Assembly: GCA_030141605.1 (NCBI GenBank)
Contig: JAQGDQ010000894.1
Location: 1 to 64,000 of the forward strand
Length of the DNA: 64,000 bases
Direction of reading: 5' to 3'
Source: Tubiluchus corallicola
Lineage: Eukaryota; Animalia; Priapulida
Part shown: in pieces, positions 1-12,834 of the stretch
Layout of the letters: each line of letters opens with the position of its first letter
How positions within the stretch are numbered: position 1 is the stretch's first letter
Made by a program: the position numbers and the translations under genes
The notes under the pieces: generated by a model
Database searches by the model: none
The model's input: only the letters and a program-made list of their open reading frames with translations
Told to the model about the DNA's origin: nothing

Positions 1-250
1 TCTTTAATGATGAATATATATCAGGGTGGATATCACTTGATTAAGTAACACGTTCAACTGCAACTTACTGAACATAATAATATTTGTATTTCAACTTATC
101 ACATCTGATTTTGTATTCCATCCTGATCCACTGGCATCATTTTTATTTTTCTTACCCGATGTTTATACCCAAATTTCATTCCCCCTGTAGGTGGCCTACT
201 TATGCCTATTTAAACTCATAATTGCTTAATTGTTTGTTAATAATAGCATT

Positions 251-428
251 TGCATACATGAAGTGAAATGTTTCTTTGTCAAGCTTGTACTTTTTGCATA
301 CATGAAGTGAAATGTTTCTTTGTCAAGCTTATACTTTTTGCACACATGGAGTGAAATGTTTCTTTGTCAAGCTTGTACTTTTTGCATACATGGAGTGAAA
401 TGTTTCTTTGTCAAGCTTGTACTTTTTG
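251..428. repeat. 44-bp tandem repeat, 4 copies
   Basis: Unit tgcatacatgaagtgaaatgtttctttgtcaagcttgtactttt starts at 251, 295, 339 and 383. Confidence 0.95.
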
Positions 429-673
429 CTCAGGTGTCAATTCTGGATGGATAAGTTCTAGAGTGGCATTGCACCTTCTGCTATTCAGGTTAAGGTTCTG
501 AATACTTATCATACTCTTAGGACCTTTGCCATTTTATTATGAGTAATTATCTTTTACATATAGAACAAACGTGAATGAGTTGATGGGGAGATAAAACTAA
601 ACAAACTTTTTCTTGTACAAATTGTGCTAATTCACATTTTTTTCAAGGTATTGGTGGATCTAATTCTTAGTAT

Positions 674-1180
674 CGGGGATGAGAATTTTCCACGGATACG
701 GAGAATTCCGAGTTTTTTGGAAGACCAGTAGTGCCATTTTTGTAAATCGCGTAAATTCGTTGAGAAAATTTTAACAGACCCAGTACATTATTTCACAAGC
801 TGACCGCTAGTTGGCAGGCCGTCACTTTGTTTACATCACATACATTAGTGTAACCACATGTATATCTCTATGTATAAAAATATAGAATCAATTGTGTGAA
901 GTTATTTGAGTCAATTGCAGACAGTTTTTATATATTTACATAGGAGCGGCCAGTACTTAGGCGTTTTTGAGACAATTAGGTATCATGTATCCTTGATAGT
1001 TGGGTATTATAAATTATGCATGAAACAAGGTAACTGATATTTTAAGTCCACTTAGAGGCTCTCTATGGTCACAAAATTGCAATATGTTGCTGGCTCCAAG
1101 GGGGCTTTGTCCCCCCCCCCCTTGAACCCCAAGCCCCGGCCTGTTTCAGAGTTTTTTGCATTTTGTCATTCTCATCCCTG
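674..1180. mobile_element. Non-autonomous TIR element (hAT-like) in the last intron of STX16
   Basis: Ends cggggatgagaat / attctcatccctg are inverted repeats, flanked by direct repeat tagtat on both sides. Confidence 0.65.
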
Positions 1181-1198
1181 TAGTATTGCTAATTTTAG

Positions 1199-1381
1199 GG
1201 TACAATACTGGATCAAATAGATTATAACGTAGAAAGTTCAGCAGTCAGCATTACGGAGGGCTTTCAGCAACTGAAAAAAGCGGAAAAGTACCAGAAGAAA
1301 AACCGTAAGATGATGTGCATCTTGCTTCTGGCTGCGATTGTCATCGTTCTCATTATCATTTTGATAGCAACGAAGTCATAG
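1199..1381 (+). CDS. STX16: Syntaxin-16, terminal coding exon (C-terminal half of Qa-SNARE motif plus transmembrane anchor); upstream exons lie outside the window
   Basis: Acceptor ttttag at 1198, then [60 protein letters not shown]. This matches the syntaxin-16 C-terminus (GTVLDRIDYNVE...[12 protein letters not shown] + TM). Confidence 0.93.
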   Translation, partial: GTILDQIDYNVESSAVSITEGFQQLKKAEKYQKKNRKMMCILLLAAIVIVLIIILIATKS

Positions 1382-2009
1382 TTGTGAGCGAAACTTATTC
1401 GTCCGTGTATTTAGTTTTCGTGACAGGGTAAGTTCTACGCATTCAGATTTATTTGTTTATGTGATATAACGTTTCGCCAGAGTGATATTAACGCGCGAAC
1501 TGCCCCGTAGAACAAAAATCTTGTAGTTCGTTAGTTGATTTCCTGCCTATAAATAGAACTTTGTGATGTGTCGTTATCGGGCATATCTGTTTGTAAGCCA
1601 ATTTTTGTCTGTGATTTTTGGTAATAGGCTTTACATACAGGGCAGTGCATGCAGCATATAAATCAGTTGGCTGGTGTCCCAGTTTTGCTTTGTAAGGTGC
1701 ACTTTGGCCATTCAGCATTGTTACTTCACTCTCATGTGGTTGTGGAATAGGCGGATATTTTAGGTGAGGCCAATGTCTGTCGATTTAATAATTCTGCTAT
1801 TCATTTGCGGAAAATTGTCTAGACCGTACTTGAGTCATATATCTGTCCTCAACGAAAGGCTTCTCAATTGAAACGAGTCCTCAACTGAAATTTATCATCT
1901 GCCCATGTTATTTTTTGACTAGCCATCTTTTGCTGATATCACCTGATTTTAGTTCTTGGCTACAGTCTGCTACAGAATTAGCTGGTATGTCCCTAATTAC
2001 TCAGTAGTG

Positions 2010-2445
2010 CAGTGGTTCCCAAAGTAGGGGTAAATTACCCCCCCCCCCGGGGGTAATATGGTTTTTTTCTATGAAAATTTCTAAAACTTCGCTCGGAATG
2101 CATTTTACGTAGTTTTCTTCTTGAAGAGACTGCCTCACTAACTGAGATTTTGTTGTTGTCATTCATTTCTTCTTGTTTTCGTTTGTTCGAGTAATAATTA
2201 CTCGAACAAACCTGCTCACTCAGTAATGAGCAGGTTCAGTAATTGTAATACTTGTTTTGGCAACAATACAACAACAACACCTGGAAATTTATTTATGTCA
2301 CGAGCAAACATAAATAATTTTGCTTGCTTGTGGCATATAAGTGTGTTTACTTTTTGAGTTGTAGAAGTAGTACTAGGTGGGGGGTAATGGACACGACCGG
2401 GTTTCCCGATTTGGGTAACGGTCCGAGAAAGTTTGGGAACCACTG
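2010..2445. mobile_element. hAT (Charlie-like) MITE, 436 bp
   Basis: TIRs cagtggttcccaaa / tttgggaaccactg, a perfect 8-bp TSD cagtagtg (2002-2009 and 2446-2453), and an internal hairpin at 2181-2211. Confidence 0.92.
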
Positions 2446-3224
2446 CAGTAGTGGATCCCCGTTGTAACTGTCATGGTGCGAAACATCATCATTACCCTAC
2501 CGCACCGCTACAAAGTGCTCATCGTGCCTTCTACACGTGTTTCCACCTAAACGCCGTGCTAATTGCATTGAGGCTTTGCCTTCAGTTTCATCAATTTTAT
2601 TATTTTTTCCATCCTCTAAATCACAGACAAAAATTGGCAAACGCATTTTCATTGCGTGATTGACTGAATAAGATTTCCCAGTTGTAAGCTGAGTTTGAAC
2701 AAAACTTAGTCATGTAACACTGTCTTTAATGCAAATCATGCATTGGTTTAAAAGTCAAGTGTTCTTTATTTACTGAATTTGTAGAAAAATAATACCTTTG
2801 GTAAATACATTGGCTATATGTAAGTTATCTGGCTTCTAAGATTGAACATGGCATTCTGGGAAATCTGTGATACTGACTGTCACTTTATACTTTCTTTAGA
2901 AATTATTAAAATCAATGAACAGTCTTATGAATATATTGGTGTATAACATGTAGACTTGTACTACTAGAACTCCCCCTGTGAAATAGGTATGTGATTTAAT
3001 ACTCACTGCTGGTTAATGTGTTATGTTTTAATATTATCACCTTTGGTAAAGTATTTTATTGATGACAAGCAACGAAGCCTTTATGATTTGAATCAAGTTT
3101 GAATATTACATGCGTGTAGCATGATTAAATTTTTGTTTTTTTCCTTAAAATCCACGCTGCACCGATTAGTGCTGTACGAATTTCATCTTGCGTCATGATG
3201 AACATATTTTGTTCATGTGTTAAC

Positions 3225-3592
3225 CAGTTAAAATTGTGTTGGTTTACTGGCTAAATTGTGTTATAGACATGTACTACTGACCAACTTATGTCCTGCTTGT
3301 GTCTTGGTCAACTAAAATTCTCTTCATGTACTAGTCATTTAAAGTTCTGTTCATGAGTTGGCCAACTGACGCTATGTTTGTATCTTGCCAGCTAAGATTC
3401 TGTTTATGCACTAGGCCAATTAAAGATATGTTCTTATAATAACAGACTAAAGTTCTCTTACATCAGTTAACTCTGTTTACGCTCTAGCTAAATGAAGTTC
3501 TTTTATGTGAAATTCTAAGTGAATTCAGCTAAGTGAAATTCTGTTTATGACTAGCCAACTGAAGTTCTGTTCTTGTAATAGCCAACCAAAGT
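3225..3592. repeat. Degenerate ~30-bp tandem repeat (ctagccaactaaagttctgtttatg-like); resumes at ~4390-4445 after an insertion
   Basis: Recurring ccaactaaa/gttctgtt motifs occur on both sides of the 3602-4384 element. Confidence 0.7.
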
Positions 3593-3601
3593 AATCTCGT
3601 G

Positions 3602-4082
3602 GCCCGTTTATACATAATGCGGAAAACTGACTGGTCAAATAATCGCCTGCGCATTGCTTTCTGGACGATTTTTTTACAAAAACCGCTCGGTTTTCCTGTA
3701 AGCAACCAATCAGAAGTGGGCTTTGTTAATACGTCATCGGCAAGGGCTGAAAAAAGAGATCTTTACACACGTGCTTATGAAGTTATGAAGTGCACATTGT
3801 TTAACGGCTGATAAAATCAAAACAATAATATTGGAAGTGGAAGAGAATCCAATATTATATGATAAAAGCCGAAGAATACAGTGATAGTAGAAGAAACAAC
3901 TTTTACAAACAAAACAATTTTTCTGTTTATTTGTTGTGAGATTTGTCTGTCTATCTGTCTTTCTTTTGCTTGTGTGTTCATTTCTCTCTCTCCTGTGCGT
4001 GTGTGTGTGCGTGCATGCATGTGTGTCCCCTCTCTTTCTCTCTCTTGCTCCCCCTCTCTTTCTTTCTATCTTTCTCTCTCTG

Positions 4083-4115
<33 letters not shown>

Positions 4116-4384
4116 GTTTCTTTCGCTCTCACTCCTCTCTCACATTTTTCATCGTACAATGGTCTTTTTTGCAGTACTTCATACACTGATGTACGCCTGT
4201 CTTCTAGCATTTTGTGATTTGGTTGTCTATAAAATTCTATATAAATGCAGCGCCTACATTACATCCACAGCGAAAGGCGCCATTTCTGAAAGCGGCGTGG
4301 AAGTTGTGTAAAAACCGCTTTATATTTGAACGACAAGCCGCGCGATTTTCCTTCACGGAGAACCGTCCTATGTATAAACGGGGC
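3602..4384. mobile_element. TIR element (MITE-like) carrying a (CT)n/(GT)n microsatellite
   Basis: cccgtttatacata (3603) and tatgtataaacggg (4369) are inverted repeats, and the element interrupts the degenerate tandem array. No clear TSD. Confidence 0.7.
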
Positions 4385-5848
4385 ATTACACTAGCTAAGT
4401 GAAATTCTGTTTATACACTAGCCAACTAAATTTCCTTTCTTATAATAACAAAGATTTTTTTCTCGTCTATTTGTAATATTATTATCTGAGTTTCTCTCAT
4501 ACATTGTTTAAACTATAGTAGACAATTGATCCGTATGACAAGTCAAGATTGTACTATAAACACTGTAATTAAATTTTAATTTATTTTTTATTTAATAGTG
4601 ATTACATTTAATTATTACTAATTAGTCATCATTGTATAGCAAGAGTTAAAAAAACTGAACACCTGTTAGTTTGGAACCCAAGTTTAATCAGTAAGAAAAT
4701 CACCAAAGGTGGTATAAACTTTATGAAAAACTTTATTCTGAACGTTTTGCTGTTTATTATGCTTTTTGTTTTGTGTTATTTTAACATATATTACACTGTC
4801 TGATAATAGCTGGTATGAAAGCTGAAATGTTCAAGATAAATTTTTATCAAAACTTTTATAACATTATATGGTACTTTTGTCCACAGTAAAGGTTTTTTTA
4901 ATTGCCATTGTGCATTATACATGTCACAATTATGTCATTCCAGGATATGTATCATATGCGTGTTATTTAAATAGAATATGTACTACACTGTATTTAAATT
5001 TATGTGAATGTGACATATACAAAGAAGACAGCTCTACATGTCTGTTCTGAATCATTCTGTTTTTTGTCATGTATATAAGATGTGTCCTGTATATTTTAAG
5101 ACTTAATACATGTTGTGTACATAAATTGTTAAACGTGAACAAATATACTGTACAGAAAAGTACTTCTTGTTGGTGTTTAGAAGTTTGTTGAGTTTAGAAA
5201 TACATTTGTAATTAAGCGTATATCGTGTGGATACGCCCAAGTAAAATATCCAAAAGTAAAATCTAACCCTGGCGCTACCTGGTGTGATAAACCTGAAATT
5301 AATTTATTCAGTTTAAAGACGTGATTCAGCAATAAAGAGAAGCAAATAATAGAAAAATAATCAACAGATTAACAGGTGAAAATTACAGCAGCTAAGTAAA
5401 TACATGACGTGCTTCTGATCGATTTCTGATCTGTAGTAAATAGCAAATTATTGCGTTAATTTACAAAATAAAGAAATTTAGAAATTTATAAAGAAATATT
5501 ACAAAATAAAGTAAATTAATGAACAGAATTTAAATAATTTGCGATTAGCATCCCCACTAAATCACGTAAAAGCAAACCAGTTTAACGTACGTGTAAGTAT
5601 GAACAGGTAAAAACAGATCATGAAAGTCATGTGACTATACCTAAATTTAGCTTATGAGATTTGATTGGCTGTAATGAATGGCAAAGTTAAAACAGCTCGA
5701 AACTAAAAGATTTCACAAACGTTAACTAGGTGCTGCTAGCACCCAGATATCGACTATATGTAAATATAAGTTATGTGTTCTACAGAGCAATATGTTATAT
5801 TATTGTTGTGATACCTTTGTCATACATATATATTGCTGTGTTGTTACA

Positions 5849-5895
5849 AATGGTCTACAGAACGTTTTATATATATATAAAACGTTCTGTAGACC

Positions 5896-5898
<3 letters not shown>
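5849..5898. repeat. Perfect 50-bp palindrome followed by (TA)n
   Basis: aatggtctacagaacgtttt-atatatatat-aaaacgttctgtagaccatt. Confidence 0.9.
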
Positions 5899-5936
<38 letters not shown>

Positions 5937-6360
5937 CAAAAAGCAGAACAATAACGTTACATATTTCTCTGTAGAACATTTGTAAAATTTGTAACAACGC
6001 GCAGTATCCTGATGCAGTATTGCAGCTACCTGCTAAGTATAGTGTGACAACAACAACAACAGTGACATGACCAAGCTTTTGATCTAGTTTAGCTTTAGCT
6101 CTCTTCATTTGTATTAAATATAAACAAAATATCAGTTTTTTGATTTCTGTAGCAGTCAAGCCACTGATTATAGTTACCTCAACAAAGTGAGTAACTATAG
6201 AATTCTCATTCCGTATTTCTGTTTGTGCCACTTTTTCTCAGCAGGGGTAATCCAATTATTAAAAACAAAAATAGAAAAAGGATTTTGTAAAAGTATTTTA
6301 GTCGAAAATTTTAATCTATATATTAAATTCGATGGTATATAATTATATATATATATATAA

Positions 6361-6525
6361 ACAGGTGCGAACCCTTGAGTGGGGAGACCTTTCATTTGAT
6401 GTATAGATCAGCTGTGTTGGAGCTGTAGCCTCGTCGGTTAGTTATATATTTACCTATATTTTCGCCACCATTTTCGATGATCTATACGTCAAATGAAAGG
6501 TTTCCATTCAAGGGTTCGCACCTGT
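6361..6525. mobile_element. Small foldback/MITE with ~50-bp TIRs
   Basis: acaggtgcgaacccttga...gatgtatagatca (6361-6410) is nearly the reverse complement of 6478-6525. Confidence 0.75.
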
Positions 6526-8125
6526 GTTTTTTTCGAATTAGGCCCACCGGGTAGAACGGAGGCCGAATGAATGTATTAATAAACCAGCGTTCCAAGACCG
6601 TTCTAGTCTTTTATTTGAAAAGTGAAGTAAAAAGTAACACATGTAGGTGGCAGCATAGAGTTCCTAAAGCTGTAAAAATGTTTAAAATACAACATCATAA
6701 AGTTTCCATGTAATTCAAGTAGGCGTGCAATTATTTTGAAAACTGTGCGTAAATAGCGTGTAAAAGGACCAGTGCTAGTTTCCGTGATAATAGACTCTAG
6801 TCCTCTGTGCACGATTTATTCAACACAAAAGTTAATTTTAAGTGTAAACAACAACTGTAAAGTCTGGTTTTAAATCCGTGAAAAAAGTGTTAGCCGCCGA
6901 ATTCTTGTGGAGGCGGTATCACACGATTACCGTTTTACCTTTACCGTGCCAAAACTTGACCCCCCTCCGCTGGGGACAAATCGTCACATCTCGAAACGTG
7001 AGTAAGGAATTACCGTAAGGAAGTAGCCATTGTTAAGTAAGGGTAGCCTTATTAAGCTGACCACAATAACCACTGGTTCTTAGAAATTAAGAATAAAACT
7101 AGTGCACCCTCTGTGATTTCTTGAATCCGCCCTAACAACAAAACCTGATTCCGGTCCGTGATTCAAGGAAAGACGATACTTTGGGTTAACGAGATCATGA
7201 TCTCGAGTAGAGAGTTACAGCTTACAGGTGACAATACGGCCCAGGGGCCAGTATCGTGTCTGCACTACTGGCGTGGAACGTAGAGCTTAAAATGCGAACA
7301 AAAACATTTTAGAAGTGCATTTATTCTTAAGCCTCTACGCTTGTTTGAAGTTCTCGACTAAAATTACTTGAACGTGTTGCTACGTTTCTATAACTATATA
7401 CGCTACGTTGGATTAGATATTTTCGAACGCAGTAACAAAAACAAGGTAGGTTAATTGCTATTTGCCCTTTAAATAACTTGCAATAAGCGCGTTTGGTACG
7501 TTGCAATGATTTTTTTAAATTCAATTCGAGAAACAAATCAGTTCAGGTGCAACTTGGAAACAGAACTAATCATTTAATAACTGACACTGATACTGTCTCG
7601 CTATGAAATGAAAGTTACTTTTTCTACTGAAAGCTATTCGTTTATTTGAAACGATAGTCTTTATTGATTGTTTCAAATCTTAATTTCAAGGAAACTGTTG
7701 ACTGATCGAGTGGCCGTACAATATTAGTGGTTACAGCGTTGGACTTAGGAAGCAGAAACGGTGGTTTAGGCTTAACTCAGAACAGGCTTTTTCGCTTCTT
7801 TACTTTTGGTCAAATCTGCTGACAATAACTTAAATCCGTTACTAACAAGTGTTTGTTTTCATAAACTTTATTTTTAATTCATATAAAGTTACGTATTCTT
7901 TCAAGTTTCGTACCGCTCACAAAAATTCAAAAAGAGCATTATAGCAACTTCGGTGTCCATTTTGGGCTGCATTTTCTGCTCTAGCTTTTCACTGCGGTTT
8001 TTTTATTTTATTTTGTAGACGATCTTTTTCTAAAATTTTTTGTTTACACTCACGTGTATTATAACTTACAAAGCCTGTTCCATTTCGTAGAATCATAATA
8101 CTTTTACGTTAGTTCTTTAAGGACT

Positions 8126-8359
8126 CGTTTTGAATATCCGACATACGAACACGATGATACTTACTCATATTATAATTTCATTTTTCCTAGACCTTACTAA
8201 ACTAGTTTATATTTTATTTTTGAATTTCTAGTTGCACTTATAGTTTAGCTTGCACCAGACGCATTTGCCCAGAACAGTGTATGTTTTTATATGAACTAAC
8301 ACTGATTGTCTGTCTTTTAATATGATGGTCAATGTTTTTAAAATGGCAAATAAAGATTT

Positions 8360-8444
<85 letters not shown>

Positions 8445-8445
8445 G

Positions 8446-8490
<45 letters not shown>

Positions 8491-8506
8491 ACTACTACTG
8501 CTACTG

Positions 8507-8547
<41 letters not shown>

Positions 8548-8554
8548 GCTACTG

Positions 8555-8629
<75 letters not shown>
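8126..8629 (+). mobile_element. 3' end of a non-LTR retroposon with (CTA)n tail, copy 1
   Basis: About 150 bp (ttttgaatttctagttgcac...aataaagatttt) is near-identical to 48695-48840, ending in AATAAA followed by (ACT)n at 8361-8629. Confidence 0.7.
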
Positions 8630-8632
<3 letters not shown>

Positions 8633-9938
8633 AATCAAATAAACATTGGGGTTTTTGACGTAACTACTTTAATTCCATTACGAAGTGCCCTGCAATAACA
8701 CTAGCTTAGTTAGACAGTGATTAATGTAAAACATAACTGGGTAAACGTAGAATAAGAATGAATGAATAATGATGATTTCAGTCCAGGGAAGAAATTTGAC
8801 ACGCATCTTGGAATGCGAAGCACAGTACAAATACTACGGAGCAGTAAAAAATAAATTGCTTGCTTACTTACTCATATACACGACCTTTTAGTGAACGCAG
8901 TGAACACAGAACATCATGAACATGAACACTGAACATTACTTTGGCTGATTTTTAATTAAAACTTTGACGACCTTACACTTTACTATGTAGTAGTATAAGC
9001 TTTAAACGATTTAACACTGTTTGAGAGAATAAGAAGCTTGTCGGACTGGTTCTGCAGTACAAGGGTTCTACATAATTTAATATAATTTTATAATTTATAA
9101 TTTATTGGATGAAAGTACATTAAGAAAATTATTCGGTCATTAATTACAAAGTACCGGACAAAACAACTGCAAGTACCAGGTGGTACGTAACACATTACCA
9201 AACAGAAACAAAAATAACATCAAACACTGATGCATGTCGTAAACCAACTTCACGTTCAAATACTCTAAAATTTATAATTAACGATCCAGTTTTATAGATA
9301 CAAAATTTTATAGCTTCTTTCTATTTACAAAACATTTATTTATTAGATTACAAACAATTGTTGGTATTTCTAGATCTTTGCTCTCTCCCAAAAACAACTA
9401 TATTTGTCAAGCTTTTTTTATTGTAGTAAAACCGGGACATACGCTTGAGATTTTAATGGAGGCTATCCTTCTGTCAATTTTATATTTATCACAGTTCATC
9501 AAAAATGTTGCTCATCTTCAATATTTGCTTATATATACTTGTACGTTATTTTGCCTGTCAGTTTTGTGTCAGTGCTTGAAAACCTGTAATTAATTTTTTA
9601 TCAGTCGTTTATCTAAAAGCCCTCAGCACCTTTGCAAATGTTTTTATTGGACCTTTTAGACTTGGAGTCACGATGCGTTAATTATTATATTCTCATATTA
9701 TAGGGGAGCTTCATTAGCATGAGTGTGCAGTGCATTTTCTACCAGCACTGAGCTTATTTTAGCAGGTGTTATACATACGCATGCTTTTATGCTTAAGCGT
9801 CATTACTTAGTTCTGCAATTAACCATTGGCAGGTACATCCATATAAATAAGAAGCAGTAACCATAGTTAACCATTGACAGATTGGTATGTGCACTGCTGT
9901 GTGCTTATTCTCCAAGTATAAATTACAGAATATATTAG

Positions 9939-12767
9939 ATGTGAGTGTACAAGACAATCTTATGTAGAATTTATATTAGTTATATTTATCTATCTATATT
10001 CATCTATTATCAACTAGTAAATATGCGCAACATTTAACTATTATGTAAACGGTTTAAGTCTGTGTAGTCGATATAATTCATAGGTTTTGGTCGGAAATGC
10101 GTGTGTGCATACCCACTAACACCTTAAATACGTTAACTGTTTTAGAAGTTTTCCTACACCTAGTAGAGCGTTATTTAAATTCCGGTTATTTAAATTACTT
10201 AAATTTAAATTATTTAAAATCTAAAAATGCCGTAGGGCGTAGATTTATCAAGTGCACGCTTGCTGATTTTATCTTAACTTGTTTAAAAGCTTAGCTTCCA
10301 TTGCGAAAACACTTCCTTTTGCCAAAATGCAAACGGGATACCGTCGAAATGAGGGGAAAACGGAAATGTTCAACATCCTTTTCATACCTGCCGATAGAAT
10401 TACTCTGGTTTATTGTAGCTCTTTTTCTCCTTTATGTAGCTGTCTACACTTATTAGCTAATCTTCCTGACGCAGGTAACTTTGGTCAAGGTTTTGTATTT
10501 GCTATTGCTACTGCTTTCTCTACTTTGAATGACTTAAAGTTTAACCTTTTTATCCTTGACATTGGATTTGCATTTTTTCGACACTAATTAGCTTAATTCA
10601 CGTCTAGGCAGAAAGTGAATTTTTGTGTTTTAAAGAGCTTGTGGATTTTTTTCTATTATCGCCTATTCTGTTGATATCTTTTGCGATATTTTGGGGTTTG
10701 TTTGTTGTTAGGACTGAGTCTTCTATGAATTCTTTTCGTTTATGAAGAAAAACCTGTATTTGAATTGAACACCATATCTGAACAGGGAGTGAAATTACGT
10801 CCACATTCTTGATTTTGGCACAGCTTTTCCACTCATAACAATTTTTTCTAAACATCTTATTCATTTTAGGGACATGATGCTCGCTGGAACAGTGTTGACG
10901 CTGCTGGTTACGGCAGTTCTGGCAGATGATCCGTCATTTTTTGGAAAAGTTTTAAGCGGAAGTAGTGGAGGGGAGTATAGACCTGACATAGAAACCTATC
11001 CTAGTCATGGTGGCTATGGTAAGTTGACCACGGTTTTCACGCACACTATATTAAATCAGTTTACGCGAAATTAGCTATAGGAAGACAGGATGATTTTTCT
11101 TAAACTACCCCCTTTGCAAGTTCGGTAAAAATTATACAGTTTAACACAAATAATACTGCAAAACCGCTTCTGATAACTCAATAATAGATTAAGTCTTATT
11201 TAACGGCGGGCGAACCCGACTATTGATGACTTCACAAACGAACATAATTTTTAATAGCAAAAATGTTCCACGAGCGTATTGAATGTGCGTTGCAAAAACG
11301 GATATTGAAGTACAGTGCTACTGTAAGATGTTCAGGGTGTCATACAAAATTAAGCAAGTTTTAAGTTAAAAATTTAAATTTCAAATTTACTGCTGTGATC
11401 ACGCATGAACTGTCGAACGTGTGCAGTTCGTCAGAAACTAACACATGTGCACTAAAAAGTACAGCACCTGTTTTTTGTGCAGTGCGTTTCTGAAATGCAG
11501 GCGTCTAACTAGCAAATGGTGAAATGCATGTAACAGCGAAGAACGGTTGGCGCAAATGCAAAATTGTGTTTGTGTGGTAATAATTCTTTTTTGTAAGGCA
11601 TTTTGAAGAAAAATAGTATGTTTCCTTTCAATATTTTAAAGAGTAGATTGTTTTGATCTACAGTTTAAGATTGGTTTCCGGTTTTGCTTTAATATCATAG
11701 TACTGTAAAACGATTTTGTTAACGTTCACTTAGCATACCATAGAAACTGACACGCAATTGAAGGCAGCATCTTACTTACAGTGTGAGATGGGATATTTTG
11801 AACTAATGATTGTATTATGAAACTAGAAATCTCTGAAACTTAGCGCTCTAGGCTGTGAAGAACTACAACAATTTGTCTGTGATTTTCTGACGTTGTTAAA
11901 TAGCCTGTCAAAAACTATTCGTCTAGATGAGACCTTTTACATTTTCTTCCTTTTTTAAGATTTGGGTTGATTACTGTTATTGCAAGACACCAATTTCCCA
12001 CATTTTTCAATATGTGGTTAAAGTAGAAAATTATCATAGAAAAGTATATCGATAAAGATATAGAAATTTTGTTCAGTCGGAAAGTGAAAATGCAAAACCT
12101 AGTGACAATGCGGATCGGTTTGTCCTTCATTCTTGGTTAATAACAAGAAGCCGTGTTTTGTAACTTTTAATTACAAGCTCCTGTGTTTGCGCCACCTAGT
12201 GGTGAGTCTCAAAAGCTCAAGCTCCTACTCTCTTCGAGGCTGATTTATACAATTTTCAAACCGTTTCTGTTTTTATTATTGTATTGTTATTATCATTATG
12301 TACATAGTTAAATGTTATACGTTGCAAATCAGCCAAATAAAAAACTATTGAATTGAATTACGATTCTGAAATGTGCATAGAGTAAGACTGTCTGCTTTTC
12401 CAGATCCATGCCGTTCGCATCCATGTTCGAACTATGGAACGTGCATTTCCAATACGTCTCCACAATGGCGGGCCAATTATGGCTCAGGCGATTACTACTG
12501 TCTCTGCAGGAGGGATTATTCGGGGCGCCATTGTGACATCATAGATTACGATGGTTTGTTTCACGTTTCATGTTAGAAGTGTATTAATTAGCATAGTTTT
12601 TGTTAATTAGTTTGTAATAATTAAAATGAAGGGAAACATGGTGACTTCACCTTATAGGAATTTTGGCTTGCGACATAAAATTGGCACCTGTATGATCGCG
12701 TCTGTTTTAAGATTACGTGCGCGCTTGCTTTTGTGCAGAAAAAGAGAGAGAGAGAAAGAAGCAGGGG

Positions 12768-12834
<67 letters not shown>

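Noticed and set aside
434-454. cag|GTGTCAATTCTGGATGGATAA (VSILDG*) as an alternative TM-less STX16 end
   Set aside because: Only a 6-codon resemblance following a tandem repeat; cannot be supported without transcripts.
3734-4311. Overlapping ER-rich and SL-rich ORFs (also 12626-13107)
   Set aside because: (GA/CT)n microsatellite translations.
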